Shown here piece after piece: positions 28,997 through 39,418 of a DNA stretch of 64,000 bases. Both the position numbers and the translations under genes were made by a program. Within the stretch, counting starts at the first letter, position 1, and every line of letters begins with the position of its first letter. Source of the DNA: an uncultured Pleurocapsa sp. (lineage in GTDB: Bacteria; Cyanobacteriota; Cyanobacteriia; Cyanobacteriales; Xenococcaceae); assembly GCA_964393695.1 (NCBI GenBank), contig CAYMWC010000004.1, positions 298 to 64,297 on the forward strand. Reading direction: 5' to 3'. The notes beneath the pieces were generated by a model. It made no database searches. It was given only the letters and a program-made list of their open reading frames with translations, and was not told the origin of the DNA.

Positions 28997-30298
28997 GTGA
29001 TTAAATCTCGCCCTCAATCTAGAAATCAGCCCCCATCTCAAGTGAAGCTCAGATATTTAGGGCAGCAAGTATTCAATTGGTCTTATTCCTGGCGACAGCT
29101 AGACTGGATTTTACTATTGGCAGTAATGGGATTGACTATCTTTGGTGGCTTGATGATCTATAGCACTGAGTTACCCGCTCAACATAGCTATAGTTATCAG
29201 CATTGGACAGTATGCTTACTTGGTTTTCCCCTGGTGTTGTTCTTATCTCGTTGGCGTTATCAATTTTTGTGTCAATGGCATTGGTTGATTTATACCATCA
29301 CTAATCTGTTTTTAATTGCAGTAATGGCAGTTGGAGTTACAGCTAACGGCGCGCAGAGTTGGCTTTCAGTTGCAGGAGTTAATGTTCAGCCTTCGGAATT
29401 TGCCAAAATTTCCATGGTAATTACCCTCGCAGCACTGTTGCATGACCGACCAGCCGATCTCAAGACGATCATTCGTACTTTAGCAATTACAGCTGTTCCT
29501 TGGGGTTTAGTATTTTTACAGCCAGATCTGGGGACTTCTTTAGTATTTGGGGCGATTATTATTGCCATGCTCTACTGGGCAAATGCGAACACTGGTTGGT
29601 TACTGTTAATGATCTCGCCTTTGTTTTCAGCCATTTTATATCATCTATATCTTCCTGGTTGGCTATTTTGGGTTTTGATTGTAGCTGGGATAGCCTGGCT
29701 AACGCTGCCTATAAAAGTTGTTTCTACTCTTAGTGCTGTAGCGATTAACCTGGGGGCGGTGGAGTTGGGCAATCTTTTTTGGGGGTTACTGAAGCAATAT
29801 CAAAAAGCTCGACTAATCTTGTTTCTTAATCCTGAACAAGATCCTTTAGGGGGTGGTTATCATTTAATTCAATCGCGAATTGCAATTGGTGCTGGCAAAT
29901 TTTGGGGACAAGGATGGAATCAAGGAACACAAACTCGGCTGGATTTTATTCCTGAACAACACACAGATTTTATCTTTTCGGCTGTGGGAGAACAGTTCGG
30001 CTTTATCGGCAGCATACTTACAGTGGCACTGTTTTGGTTAATCTGTATGCGTTTAATTTGGATTGCCTGTAATGCTCAGGATAATTTTGGCTCGTTGCTG
30101 GCGATCGGTATTTTAGCGATTCTTGCTTTCCAAATTATAGTTAATATTAGTATGACAATCGGACTCGCACCAATTACGGGTATTCCTTTACCTTGGCTGA
30201 GTTACGGGCGATCGGCTTTATTGTCTAATTTTATTGGGATTGGTTTAGTAGAATCTGTAGCCAATTATCGAGATGAGACAAGCAGAAAATCTTATTAA
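28997..30298 (+). CDS. rodA: Rod shape-determining protein RodA (SEDS)
   Basis: GAQSW, QPSEFAK, QPDLGT, GYHLIQS.IAIG.G, PEQHTDFIFS, GIPLP..SYG. Confidence 0.95.
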   Translation: MIKSRPQSRNQPPSQVKLRYLGQQVFNWSYSWRQLDWILLLAVMGLTIFGGLMIYSTELPAQHSYSYQHWTVCLLGFPLVLFLSRWRYQFLCQWHWLIYTITNLFLIAVMAVGVTANGAQSWLSVAGVNVQPSEFAKISMVITLAALLHDRPADLKTIIRTLAITAVPWGLVFLQPDLGTSLVFGAIIIAMLYWANANTGWLLLMISPLFSAILYHLYLPGWLFWVLIVAGIAWLTLPIKVVSTLSAVAINLGAVELGNLFWGLLKQYQKARLILFLNPEQDPLGGGYHLIQSRIAIGAGKFWGQGWNQGTQTRLDFIPEQHTDFIFSAVGEQFGFIGSILTVALFWLICMRLIWIACNAQDNFGSLLAIGILAILAFQIIVNISMTIGLAPITGIPLPWLSYGRSALLSNFIGIGLVESVANYRDETSRKSY

Positions 30299-30320
30299 TT
30301 ACTTATTAATAAGCAATTAT

Positions 30321-31115
30321 TTACCAATCGCTACTGGTTTCGTAACCTAGCTTAATTAACACATCTCCAAACAGTTCTTTAAATTGTTTTTTGTGATTTT
30401 CATTAAATAATTCCTGCCATTCTCCAGTGCGACCTGAACGGAGATGACTTTTTGGATTGGTAGTTCCTTTTCGCCTATTCGTTATATTTTTGAAACTAAA
30501 TTTTTCAGTCATATTGAGGCAGTTTTGAAGCGCTTCTTCATTAAACTGATAGTGTTTGAAAATTTGGTAAAAAACTGCTTTCTCGTCACGAATAATATCT
30601 TCGTATTTGAATTCAATAAAATTGGGGTTATGATAATTCCAGGTGGACATTTCAGAAATAACTTCTAAAGAAGTCCCCTGCATTTCTGCTAGTAAACCTT
30701 CTTCTTGATTTAAGGAATTTAAATATTCTTGATAAGTCAAGTTATTTAAACTTTGGCGAGGAATATGCGCCCATTCTTCTTTTGTCCAGAGATGATAAAA
30801 ATATGCTGAAATGATCATATCTCTGGGATCACGAATCATGTGAGAACCAACATAGTCAGGCAGTTTTTCTACCTCAACACGGCTCATGTATTCCATAAAA
30901 ATGTCAGTATCTCTTTTAAGCTCACTTTGAAAACAACTTTGAAATTGTAATCCATAATAGCGAGCGATCGCTCTTAAAACTCTGATAAACCATGCTGTCC
31001 CAACTTTGTGATAGCAACAATGAACAATTAGTTTTTTTTGATTGTTGTCTGCAAAAGGAGTTCTCAACTTTTGTTTAACTATAGACTCTAGAGGGGTGTA
31101 AAACAGCAGTGTCAT
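30321..31115 (-). CDS. Sulfotransferase-domain protein
   Basis: YHKVGT 5'-PSB, RDPRD..ISAY 3'-PB, KYED, HLRSGRTGEW. Confidence 0.9.
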   Translation of the reverse strand: MTLLFYTPLESIVKQKLRTPFADNNQKKLIVHCCYHKVGTAWFIRVLRAIARYYGLQFQSCFQSELKRDTDIFMEYMSRVEVEKLPDYVGSHMIRDPRDMIISAYFYHLWTKEEWAHIPRQSLNNLTYQEYLNSLNQEEGLLAEMQGTSLEVISEMSTWNYHNPNFIEFKYEDIIRDEKAVFYQIFKHYQFNEEALQNCLNMTEKFSFKNITNRRKGTTNPKSHLRSGRTGEWQELFNENHKKQFKELFGDVLIKLGYETSSDW

Positions 31116-31318
31116 AATGTATATGAGTAAATATGTAAATTAAATAAGGCAAAAACCAATTAGTCATTGGTGACAAGTGAAGACAAAATCCTATTTGTCA
31201 GGTCTTTGTTGATAAATATTTATAAGATCTTAATCGCTTGCTATTATAAGAAATAGTATTATGTCTGCAATCAGTAAAAATACTGAGCAAAACAATTTGG
31301 TTCTTAGTTCGTATTTAT

Positions 31319-31409
31319 TAGATTTGTTGCGAATTAAATATGTGCGTTTCTGAAACCCTTATCTGATAAGGCTCGAATTTTAAGAAAAAGCTATTTCGCA
31401 ACAAGTCTA
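31319..31409. mobile_element. ~90-bp MITE with 18-bp terminal inverted repeats and TA ends
   Basis: TAGATTTGTTGCGAATTA ... TATTTCGCAACAAGTCTA (16/18 match); internal CCTTATC-T-GATAAGG hairpin. Confidence 0.75.
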
Positions 31410-31450
31410 TTATCTTTTCTTTTTTACTTTTTTCTCTTTTGTTTGCAACA

Positions 31451-32626
31451 CTACTGTAAGTCTACATATCTCTTTAAGAATAAGACAAATAAGATAAAAA
31501 TATTATCAAGTAGTGAGAAGTTAAGAGAAAAGGAATGAAATGAAAATGGTTTGGTCAAATTACCCATAAAACGGCGGTTGTTAGCAATAGTTTCGTAGAC
31601 TTTATTACCTGTAGCCATTAAAAGTTTTAATCTCAATACAGGTGCAAGCCACCATAAAATTGGAGATATACTAACTATATAAACAATGCCATACCATTTA
31701 TAGTATCTATTTCCCTGATAATCTTCTACTACCCAAGAATTGTACTTTTGCATATCCTCATACACCGAGGGATTGTCTTGAGCTTCTAATAAAGAAATGT
31801 TAGCTAAGATCAAAATTGTCCTTAATATATAAACTACTTTTTTACAAAAACCGCAGTCTTTATCATAGTTAATAGCTAACTTAGTAATTTGTTGACTATA
31901 AGTTTTTTTATACCAGAAATCCCAGACTATTGAAGGAACAAAAACTAGCCCGAAAGCAAAATACAAACTAGGAATACTGTTAACAGCAGAAGATAAACTG
32001 TGGATAAAATTTACCAATATTAAATAGCCGATTGCAATACCCCGAAAGAAACTATTTTTTAAAGGAAAAAACCACAAAGATACTATTAACCAAAAATTAA
32101 TTGAAGGTGTATGATAAATAGTCAATAATTGCCAAGTTAATCCGATTGTTGCTACTGAAATAATGCTTTTCGGCAAAGGTTTACTTGCAATATTTAAGGC
32201 ACTATCAAAAGAATAAGTTGCGCCTAATGGCAAAAACATTCCAAAAAAAGCAATAATATTAAAGATGTTATTGTCTGAAGTAAATGAAGGAGCGGTTGGC
32301 AATATCGTGAGCATTCCCCAACAAGCAATACTCGACCAAGTTGTCCGATGTCCCATTAATAGTAATAAAGCAAAAAAGAAACCAAAGCCAAGTAATACAT
32401 ATACTAAAAAATATTCGTTACTTAAAAATTGAGTAACTGATGACGTAGTCAATAATTTTATCAAATTAAAACTGCTTGAAAATTCAATAAATGTTATTAT
32501 TAAATGAGCTATGAACCAACAGGAAAAAACAATCCTTAATAAAGCCAGAGAACGTAAATCAAATCCTAATATTTCTTTAAATGTTGTTATGACTTTGTTG
32601 GGATTTCGCCAGACTATAGTATTCAT
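31451..32626 (-). CDS. HTTM-like membrane protein with DCC1/DUF393 domain, probably shortened
   Basis: DLRSLALLRI, FLPLGA.YS.D, YDKDCGFC thiol motif; ends soon after the DCC1 domain. Confidence 0.75.
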   Translation of the reverse strand: MNTIVWRNPNKVITTFKEILGFDLRSLALLRIVFSCWFIAHLIITFIEFSSSFNLIKLLTTSSVTQFLSNEYFLVYVLLGFGFFFALLLLMGHRTTWSSIACWGMLTILPTAPSFTSDNNIFNIIAFFGMFLPLGATYSFDSALNIASKPLPKSIISVATIGLTWQLLTIYHTPSINFWLIVSLWFFPLKNSFFRGIAIGYLILVNFIHSLSSAVNSIPSLYFAFGLVFVPSIVWDFWYKKTYSQQITKLAINYDKDCGFCKKVVYILRTILILANISLLEAQDNPSVYEDMQKYNSWVVEDYQGNRYYKWYGIVYIVSISPILWWLAPVLRLKLLMATGNKVYETIANNRRFMGNLTKPFSFHSFSLNFSLLDNIFILFVLFLKRYVDLQ

Positions 32627-32687
32627 TATCTAATAAATAGCGGATAGCTATAAACAACATTATTTAAAATTCAATATTAAACAGAAG

Positions 32688-33968
32688 TTAAAATTGTCTT
32701 ATTTTCCAGTCGCGAGATTGATAATACATACAACGACTCATTGGTCGAGCCGATTTGACTGTAAAACGAAAGGATTCTACAATATCAAAAGAACAAATAC
32801 CACTTTTCAGATAAATTTTGGCATTGTAAACTCCTGGTATTAAACCCAACTGTGCAAACTGCAATTGTAGTTCTATTTTTCCTGGCTTAATATTAAACAA
32901 GCAATCATCACTTGCGGAAGTTAAATATAAAACCATTTCATTTTCTCCAGACAAGGATCTGATTTTGACTCCCAAATTAACATTGTCTACAGAAATATTT
33001 GCTTGACACTCTACTGATAAGTATGACGTTTTACCCGATGTCAGATATTTAAGAGTATTATCAACTTCATCTTTAAATGACAGGGTAGTAATATCAATTC
33101 CCATACTTTGATCTTGGGGCTTGGGTGGTAATTTTAATAGTCCGTTGACTTGTTCTATCCCGTTTAAACCCAGGTCTTGTTCGTATTGATTAATTACGGT
33201 TTCGCTTTCTCCTACAGCAACTACTTGACCTTTGTTGAGATAAACTGCTGATTCGCAGATATTTAAAATATTATGAGAGTTATGAGAAACTAAAATAAAA
33301 GCTGTTCCTTTTTTGCGTTGTTGGGCTAATCGCTTGTAGCACTTCATACGAAATTTAATATCCCCTACTGCCAATACCTCATCTATCAGCAGAATTTCTG
33401 GTTCTACATAAATTGCACAGGCAAATCCTAACCTAGCAGCCATTCCCGAACTATAGGTTTGTACTGGAGCGTCGATCGCGTCCCAAATTTCGGCGAAATC
33501 TACTACTTCATCGAATTTACGGCGGATTTGTTGAGTTGATAAACCCAGAATTGACATATTGGCATAGATGTTTTCTCTACCAGACAAAATAGGATTAAAT
33601 CCAGCCCCCAAGGCAATTAGAGGTGCTACTCTACCTTTAATCTTAACCGAACCAGTATCGGGATTAATCAAGCCACTGATAATTCTCAGCAAGGTGCTTT
33701 TGCCCGCCCCATTAGAGCCGACTAAACCAAGGGCTTCTCCACGTCGTAATTGAAAGCTAATATTATGTAAAGCCCAAAACTCTTGCGATCGCAATGTTTG
33801 ACCTTGCCTTTGTCTACCTGTTAGTTCGGCTGTAATGTCTTGTATACCATAAAAAAGCGATCGCTTGAGATGACGACAAAATTTCTTGGAAAGATTATCA
33901 ATAGAGACAACTAAATCTGCATCTTGTGGTTGCTTGATAATAGGAGGGGTAAAAGCTTTAACGGTCAT
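32688..33968 (-). CDS. wzt: Polysaccharide ABC transporter ATP-binding protein Wzt with C-terminal Wzt_C domain
   Basis: GSNGAGKST, YSSGM.ARL.FA, LLIDEVLAVGD, C-terminal Ig-like domain. Confidence 0.95.
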   Translation of the reverse strand: MTVKAFTPPIIKQPQDADLVVSIDNLSKKFCRHLKRSLFYGIQDITAELTGRQRQGQTLRSQEFWALHNISFQLRRGEALGLVGSNGAGKSTLLRIISGLINPDTGSVKIKGRVAPLIALGAGFNPILSGRENIYANMSILGLSTQQIRRKFDEVVDFAEIWDAIDAPVQTYSSGMAARLGFACAIYVEPEILLIDEVLAVGDIKFRMKCYKRLAQQRKKGTAFILVSHNSHNILNICESAVYLNKGQVVAVGESETVINQYEQDLGLNGIEQVNGLLKLPPKPQDQSMGIDITTLSFKDEVDNTLKYLTSGKTSYLSVECQANISVDNVNLGVKIRSLSGENEMVLYLTSASDDCLFNIKPGKIELQLQFAQLGLIPGVYNAKIYLKSGICSFDIVESFRFTVKSARPMSRCMYYQSRDWKIRQF

Positions 33969-33971
33969 TAA

Positions 33972-34982
33972 TCAATAGTTAGTAATAAATAGTTCGATTT
34001 TTTCCCTGGGCGTGGTTTTTTGCTGACGAAAAAGATAAGAGATTTTTTCAGCAGTTTTGTAGCCCAATAAACGCAAACATAGTTTATATAGACTGTTATC
34101 AATTTCTAAAAATAATTGGGGATCTAGGGTGAGTATTTTGTCTAAAATCACAGCATAATCGCGATATTTATCTGATTCTGGTTTATCATAATAATAATAT
34201 AAATATTCTCTGCCTATCATTCTATAGGCTTTAGCCAAAGCTTTTTTGTATCGAGGGTACAACTGCTCAAAATTAGTCAGTTTTTGTTCTGCCTTTTCCA
34301 TTACTAAACAGTGAGCTTGAAACCAACGTAGTCTACAGGCAGTCGAAACGGTTGGCTGATTCGGTATACGGTAAATAGAATCGCAACCAGGTTGATAGAC
34401 AAATTTAGCTCCTGCGATCGCTACGGAAATTAAGAAATCTCGATCTTGAGCAGCTAATAAGCTTTCATCCCAGCCTCCAGATTTAATTACTATCGAACGA
34501 GAAAACAGAATAGGTGCAATATTAGACCATTGCTCATTAGCGAGTAAAGACTCTAAAAAATCTGTTTTGGGACCACAAATTCGCACTTTATCGAGAAAGC
34601 TGCTACCATCGCCTTGATGAACCAAATGTTGCCAGTCTCCATAAACTACATTCGCTGAGGAAGTTTGCAGACATCGAACTTGTTTAGCTATTTTGTCGGG
34701 AAGCAAATAATCATCAGCATCTAAATATTGAATATATTCTCCCTTGGCTAAGGTAAAACCGAGATTTCTAGCATGATTTCCACCTTTGTTTGCTCCTGTT
34801 TGCCAAATAAGGCGATCGCCATAGCTTTTGATAATTGCTAAACTATTATCTGTCGAGCCATCGTCGATCACGATAATTTCAATTTGGGGATAGGTTTGCG
34901 CTAGGATGCGATCAATCGCCTCTGACAACCACTGTTTGGCATTGAAACAAGGAATAATTACCGAAACTAATGGCTCTTTCAT
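33972..34982 (-). CDS. GT2 glycosyltransferase
   Basis: VSVIIPCFN, DDGSTD, ARN.G, LDADD, QDRDF. Confidence 0.93.
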   Translation of the reverse strand: MKEPLVSVIIPCFNAKQWLSEAIDRILAQTYPQIEIIVIDDGSTDNSLAIIKSYGDRLIWQTGANKGGNHARNLGFTLAKGEYIQYLDADDYLLPDKIAKQVRCLQTSSANVVYGDWQHLVHQGDGSSFLDKVRICGPKTDFLESLLANEQWSNIAPILFSRSIVIKSGGWDESLLAAQDRDFLISVAIAGAKFVYQPGCDSIYRIPNQPTVSTACRLRWFQAHCLVMEKAEQKLTNFEQLYPRYKKALAKAYRMIGREYLYYYYDKPESDKYRDYAVILDKILTLDPQLFLEIDNSLYKLCLRLLGYKTAEKISYLFRQQKTTPREKIELFITNY

Positions 34983-34983
34983 T

Positions 34984-35826
34984 TTAAGAACTTATTTTTT
35001 CAATTACAAAGGGCATTGCCAAACGAAAAGCGATCCAGGTAAAGAATAAGCCAAATAAGGCGATCGCGCTAACTACCCAAAAACCAGTCACTTGAGTCAA
35101 GATTCCTGTTGTCGCTAATTCTCTGATGGTTACTAGCAAAGGAGTGACAGGGTTTAAACGTACAAGAGTACTAAAATTACCTGTTTGGGGTATGGGGTAA
35201 ATTACGGGGGTGATAAATAACCAAAATCCTGTCACCATTGTCAGTGCTTTGGTGACATCTTGATAAAGCATACTCAAAGGGGCTAGCATCACTCCAAACC
35301 AAGTACCGAGTATGATCAGATGAATCAAGGCTACGAAAGCTAAAATAACGCTCCAACCTACAGGAATACGAAACCAAATAAATAAACCGACGATTAAAAT
35401 TAGCTTAATGCAAAAATTAAACAATACTTCCCCTAGCTTGGCAAGAATAAGTGCTTCACGAGGGAAATTAACCCGCGATAACATTGGTTGAGCCTTAGTT
35501 ACTGCCTGTACAGGCCCTTGTAATGCCTCGACAAAAGTTTGCCACAAACTAGTGCTAAACATGACGTAAGCAGGATAGGGTAAATCTGTTGCACTGATCG
35601 CAATTACCTCAGACTTTCCTGCCCAAGTTAATCCTAAAGCCATTGTAATTGGGGGGATAAATGCCCAGGAGATGCCTAAAAATGACTGACGATATTGGGC
35701 TTTAATATCCCTGAGCATTAGTTGCCAAGCTAAGCCGCGAGAAGCTAGTAAGTCGCGCCACATCAATTGCCACAATTTTCGCGGATGTCTTAACTTACTT
35801 TCTGGGGTGTAAATAGTTTCATTCAT
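34984..35826 (-). CDS. wzm: Polysaccharide ABC transporter permease Wzm
   Basis: RDIKAQYRQSFLG..WAF..P, FPREAL, FITPVIYP, LNP. Confidence 0.95.
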   Translation of the reverse strand: MNETIYTPESKLRHPRKLWQLMWRDLLASRGLAWQLMLRDIKAQYRQSFLGISWAFIPPITMALGLTWAGKSEVIAISATDLPYPAYVMFSTSLWQTFVEALQGPVQAVTKAQPMLSRVNFPREALILAKLGEVLFNFCIKLILIVGLFIWFRIPVGWSVILAFVALIHLIILGTWFGVMLAPLSMLYQDVTKALTMVTGFWLFITPVIYPIPQTGNFSTLVRLNPVTPLLVTIRELATTGILTQVTGFWVVSAIALFGLFFTWIAFRLAMPFVIEKISS

Positions 35827-36820
35827 GCTGGGAAAGCCTCTGCACATAGCGATCCGTCAAATAACGATTTAATCTTTTATCCACAGAAATCAATCGACGT
35901 TCGAGAAAACCGCTCATTCTGCCAAAAGTAAGGATACGAATCAAAGGATGAATTAATGTTTCTGTACGTCGCCAGCCTAATCCTCTATAGCGATTAGTAA
36001 AATAGCTATCTTCGACCAGATCCCACTTATCTCGCAGACGATTTAAACTTTTGACAACCCAGGCATCACTCCAGCGCAGCATATAAAAAGGAACATCTGT
36101 TAATTTTAGAGGAGGCCCTGGAACATAAGTCACCACACATTTAGGTTCAAAATAAACTTTTCCTCCTGATTGGGCTACCTGCATACAAAAATCAAGATGC
36201 TCTTTAGTGTTGAGTATTTCTGCGTCTAGCTTGCCACCAATCTGCTCAAAAATAGCGGTATTTACTAACACGCAGTGAAATTCCGCTAATTCGGTTTGTT
36301 GACGACTTAGGCGATCGCCAACTTCAGAAACACGCTTACCTTGCAGATACATTTTTTCTCGCAAACGTCTTCTACCTTTGACATCACAAAAAATATGAGA
36401 TTCGCCTCCAGCAAAGTGAATAATTTCATGCAATGGTTCATCTATGCTCATTTTCTGGCACATCAAAGGGCCAACCACAGTTGCCTCTGTTTCTTCAGCG
36501 CATTTAACTAAGTGAGATAGCCAGCCAGGAGAAACTACTACATCATTGTCCACAAAGACAACGTATTTAGTATCGACATAGCTCAGACCAATATTTCTCG
36601 CATGATTAGGAGAAAGATAATAGTTACTACGAACTATACGAAAGTTTTTAGCTTGGGCTTGCTGCTGTAAATAGCGTTTAATAGAGCCAGGAGAATTACC
36701 ATCAACATAAACTAATTTAAAAGGTTCTTGGGTATGTTCGTAAATGCTGTCTAAAGATTGGCGAGTATAGCTAAATCTTTCTCTAGGAGAAACGACAATA
36801 GTTACCTGTGGCTCTATCAT
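35819..36820 (-). CDS. GT2 glycosyltransferase
   Basis: PRERFS, VYVDG.S, ARNIG, FVDND, EFHC, EHLDFC. Confidence 0.9.
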   Translation of the reverse strand: MIEPQVTIVVSPRERFSYTRQSLDSIYEHTQEPFKLVYVDGNSPGSIKRYLQQQAQAKNFRIVRSNYYLSPNHARNIGLSYVDTKYVVFVDNDVVVSPGWLSHLVKCAEETEATVVGPLMCQKMSIDEPLHEIIHFAGGESHIFCDVKGRRRLREKMYLQGKRVSEVGDRLSRQQTELAEFHCVLVNTAIFEQIGGKLDAEILNTKEHLDFCMQVAQSGGKVYFEPKCVVTYVPGPPLKLTDVPFYMLRWSDAWVVKSLNRLRDKWDLVEDSYFTNRYRGLGWRRTETLIHPLIRILTFGRMSGFLERRLISVDKRLNRYLTDRYVQRLSQHE

Positions 36821-36937
36821 AATTGTTCTTTTTAGCTCTGTTGATCAAAAATATAGAATATTCAAGATGTATTGTCAGTAATTATACTTAATTATAATAT
36901 ATATAATACTTTGAAACATAATGAAAAAAAGACTAAA

Positions 36938-37816
36938 ATGCCCGTCAAATCTTTAGTTTCAGTAGTTTTAATTTTTCTCAACGAAGAGAGGTTTCTTGAA
37001 AAAGCGATCGCCAGTGTCTTAGCCCAAACTTACAACAACTGGGAACTTTTATTAGTAGATGATGGTTCAACCGATGGCAGTAGCGCGATCGCTCTACAGT
37101 ATGAGACTCAATATCCTCATAAAATACGCTACTTAGAACACCTCGATCATCAAAACCTTGGTATGAGTGCCTCCCGTAATTTGGGAATAAACTGTTCTGA
37201 TGGTGAATATGTTGCTTTTATAGATGGAGACGATCTTTGGCTACCCCAAAAACTCGAACGACAGGTTAATATTATCGAAGGACAACCCGATGCAGCCTTA
37301 ATACGTGGAAGAGCTAAATGGTGGTATGGTTGGACGGGTAAATCTGAAGATAAGCGACGGGACTTTATCCAAAAGCTGGATCTTCCTTTTAATAGTTTAA
37401 TTCAACCACCAGCAGTATTGATGTTGTTTCTGCGGGATGAATGGGCTTCTTTACATGATATTTTAGTGCGACGCAAGGCAATTGAAGCTGTAGGTGGATA
37501 TGAAGACTCTTTCCCAGGTATGTATGAAGATCAAGTATTTCACACCAAGCTGTGTTTAAATTTTCCCGTGTATGTGTCTAGTGAGTGTTGGTATTTTTAT
37601 CGTCAACATGACGGGGCTTGTACAACTCAAGCTCATGCAGCACAGAAGTACTATCATGCTCGCAAAGCCTTCTTAACCTGGTTAGAACAATATCTAATTC
37701 AACAGCAGGCTCAAAATACTGTGGTTTGGCAGTTTGTCCAACAAGATTTATGGCACTATCGTCACCCAATACAAAGTAAAATTATTGCTCGCTTCAACCG
37801 ATTTAGAAAAGGGTGA
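36938..37816 (+). CDS. GT2 glycosyltransferase, opposite strand to its neighbours
   Basis: VDDGSTD, GMSASRNLG, FIDGDD, YEDQ; ATG 36938 preferred. Confidence 0.93.
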   Translation: MPVKSLVSVVLIFLNEERFLEKAIASVLAQTYNNWELLLVDDGSTDGSSAIALQYETQYPHKIRYLEHLDHQNLGMSASRNLGINCSDGEYVAFIDGDDLWLPQKLERQVNIIEGQPDAALIRGRAKWWYGWTGKSEDKRRDFIQKLDLPFNSLIQPPAVLMLFLRDEWASLHDILVRRKAIEAVGGYEDSFPGMYEDQVFHTKLCLNFPVYVSSECWYFYRQHDGACTTQAHAAQKYYHARKAFLTWLEQYLIQQQAQNTVVWQFVQQDLWHYRHPIQSKIIARFNRFRKG

Positions 37817-37910
37817 TGTTGCTTTTGTGTGTTTAAAGATTTAATCTAAACTTAGATTATCTACCAACAATTGAAGAACTGAATCAAGAACCATTTTCTA
37901 ACATAATTTT

Positions 37911-39383
37911 TTATTTAGCTAGCAACTTGTCTTTAATTAACCAGTATATATACTTAGGGCGATCGCGAGAACGTATTGCTACTTTTAACCAGGGATTAAA
38001 GTAAGTATCGGCAGGGTTGAAAGGATACTTAAGTAACTTGGGAGCAAGTTGTTTTAATAGTTCTACTTGAACTAGAGAGCCTAGCCTTTTTGATTCGGGT
38101 ATACTCAACAGCAAAGAATAGATTCTGGCTGAATTTAAAATTGGAAATCGTTCTAGAGAATCAAGGTCGTACACCTGCTCTTTAGCACTCAGCCAACCTG
38201 CTTGCCTTTGTTCAAGAAAAAAGCGATCGCGCCAGTCTAGATGTTCTTGAGGATGAGTTTGCACCCAAGTTAACCACTCTCGTAAACCTTTGGTAGCCGA
38301 AGAGTCGATAGGTTCGTTAAATAGTGCTGCGATCTGTGCTGCACCTGTTTGAGGAGATTCAAAAGTAGCTGGTAGCTGTCGCAAATCATGAAAGCCACTG
38401 GCGATCGCAAATCCATGTCCGCCAAAGGAAATTCCTTCTAAAGCATCTCTGACACCCATGACAAAGGGTTCGGCATCTCCATCAGAAACATTTCCCCATG
38501 AGTGTTGCTTTACCAATTCCCGTCTAATTTGTTGTTCTTGGGGTGGTTTATTACGCAGCCAAACATGGGAGACATTGTATTCTTTGGCTAGTTTAGAAGG
38601 AAGTAAACGATCAGCTAAAGACATTCGATCTGCAATTCTGGTAAAGGTAGTGAACTTGATCTTTGCTGATTTGGCGATCGCTAGTATCAAACGGGAATCA
38701 TAACCTGCTGTCAAACCCAACCAAAGTTTTTGAGGCTGCTGTCCAATATTCTGTAACGCCGTAACTAAACTATCTTTGACTAATTTAATCGTCTCGTCAT
38801 AATGGCGATCGCGATCAATTTTTGGGAGCAAATAACGATGAATCAGCTTATTATGCTTAAAATCAAGAATTTGACTGGCTAATATTCTTCTAATTCCCTC
38901 AAAAGCAGACAAAGGTGGGGTATACCAAGAAATTAATTGACCATATTCCAAAGAGCGAGAATCTTTGTTACTCACTTGCAGGATTTTCCCTAGCAAAGCG
39001 CAGCTACTAGAAATCCAGATTTCTCCTTGAGAATTGTAACCATAAAAACAACCTAATAACCCATTAGCATCTAAATGTATTTGTCCATTACCAATTAATA
39101 ACCAACGTCCTGTCCAGTTTGAGTAACTAACAATCACTTCATCACTAGATAATTGGGAAATTTGCTCTAAAGGAGTAGTATTAGCTGATATTGCAACTGC
39201 TAACCCCAATAGACCCCAAACAACCCCATTTTTGTCGGTAGCGTAACCAACTCGAAGATTTGGACTATGAGAAATCCAGGTAGAGCGATCGAGTTGACGA
39301 CAACACCAATCATCATCAGCATAAAATGGTTGCGAACCAATCACCAATTGACGATTATGAACTTTGAACTTAACATCTAGCAT
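37911..39383 (-). CDS. Asparagine-synthase-like (PP-loop amide ligase) protein
   Basis: GRW....HLDA.G..GCFY Ntn-like half; LGLTAGYDSR PP-loop variant; GGHGFA. Confidence 0.65.
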   Translation of the reverse strand: MLDVKFKVHNRQLVIGSQPFYADDDWCCRQLDRSTWISHSPNLRVGYATDKNGVVWGLLGLAVAISANTTPLEQISQLSSDEVIVSYSNWTGRWLLIGNGQIHLDANGLLGCFYGYNSQGEIWISSSCALLGKILQVSNKDSRSLEYGQLISWYTPPLSAFEGIRRILASQILDFKHNKLIHRYLLPKIDRDRHYDETIKLVKDSLVTALQNIGQQPQKLWLGLTAGYDSRLILAIAKSAKIKFTTFTRIADRMSLADRLLPSKLAKEYNVSHVWLRNKPPQEQQIRRELVKQHSWGNVSDGDAEPFVMGVRDALEGISFGGHGFAIASGFHDLRQLPATFESPQTGAAQIAALFNEPIDSSATKGLREWLTWVQTHPQEHLDWRDRFFLEQRQAGWLSAKEQVYDLDSLERFPILNSARIYSLLLSIPESKRLGSLVQVELLKQLAPKLLKYPFNPADTYFNPWLKVAIRSRDRPKYIYWLIKDKLLAK

Positions 39384-39418
39384 TTTATTAAAGGTTCATT
39401 CAATGAATTATCATACCG

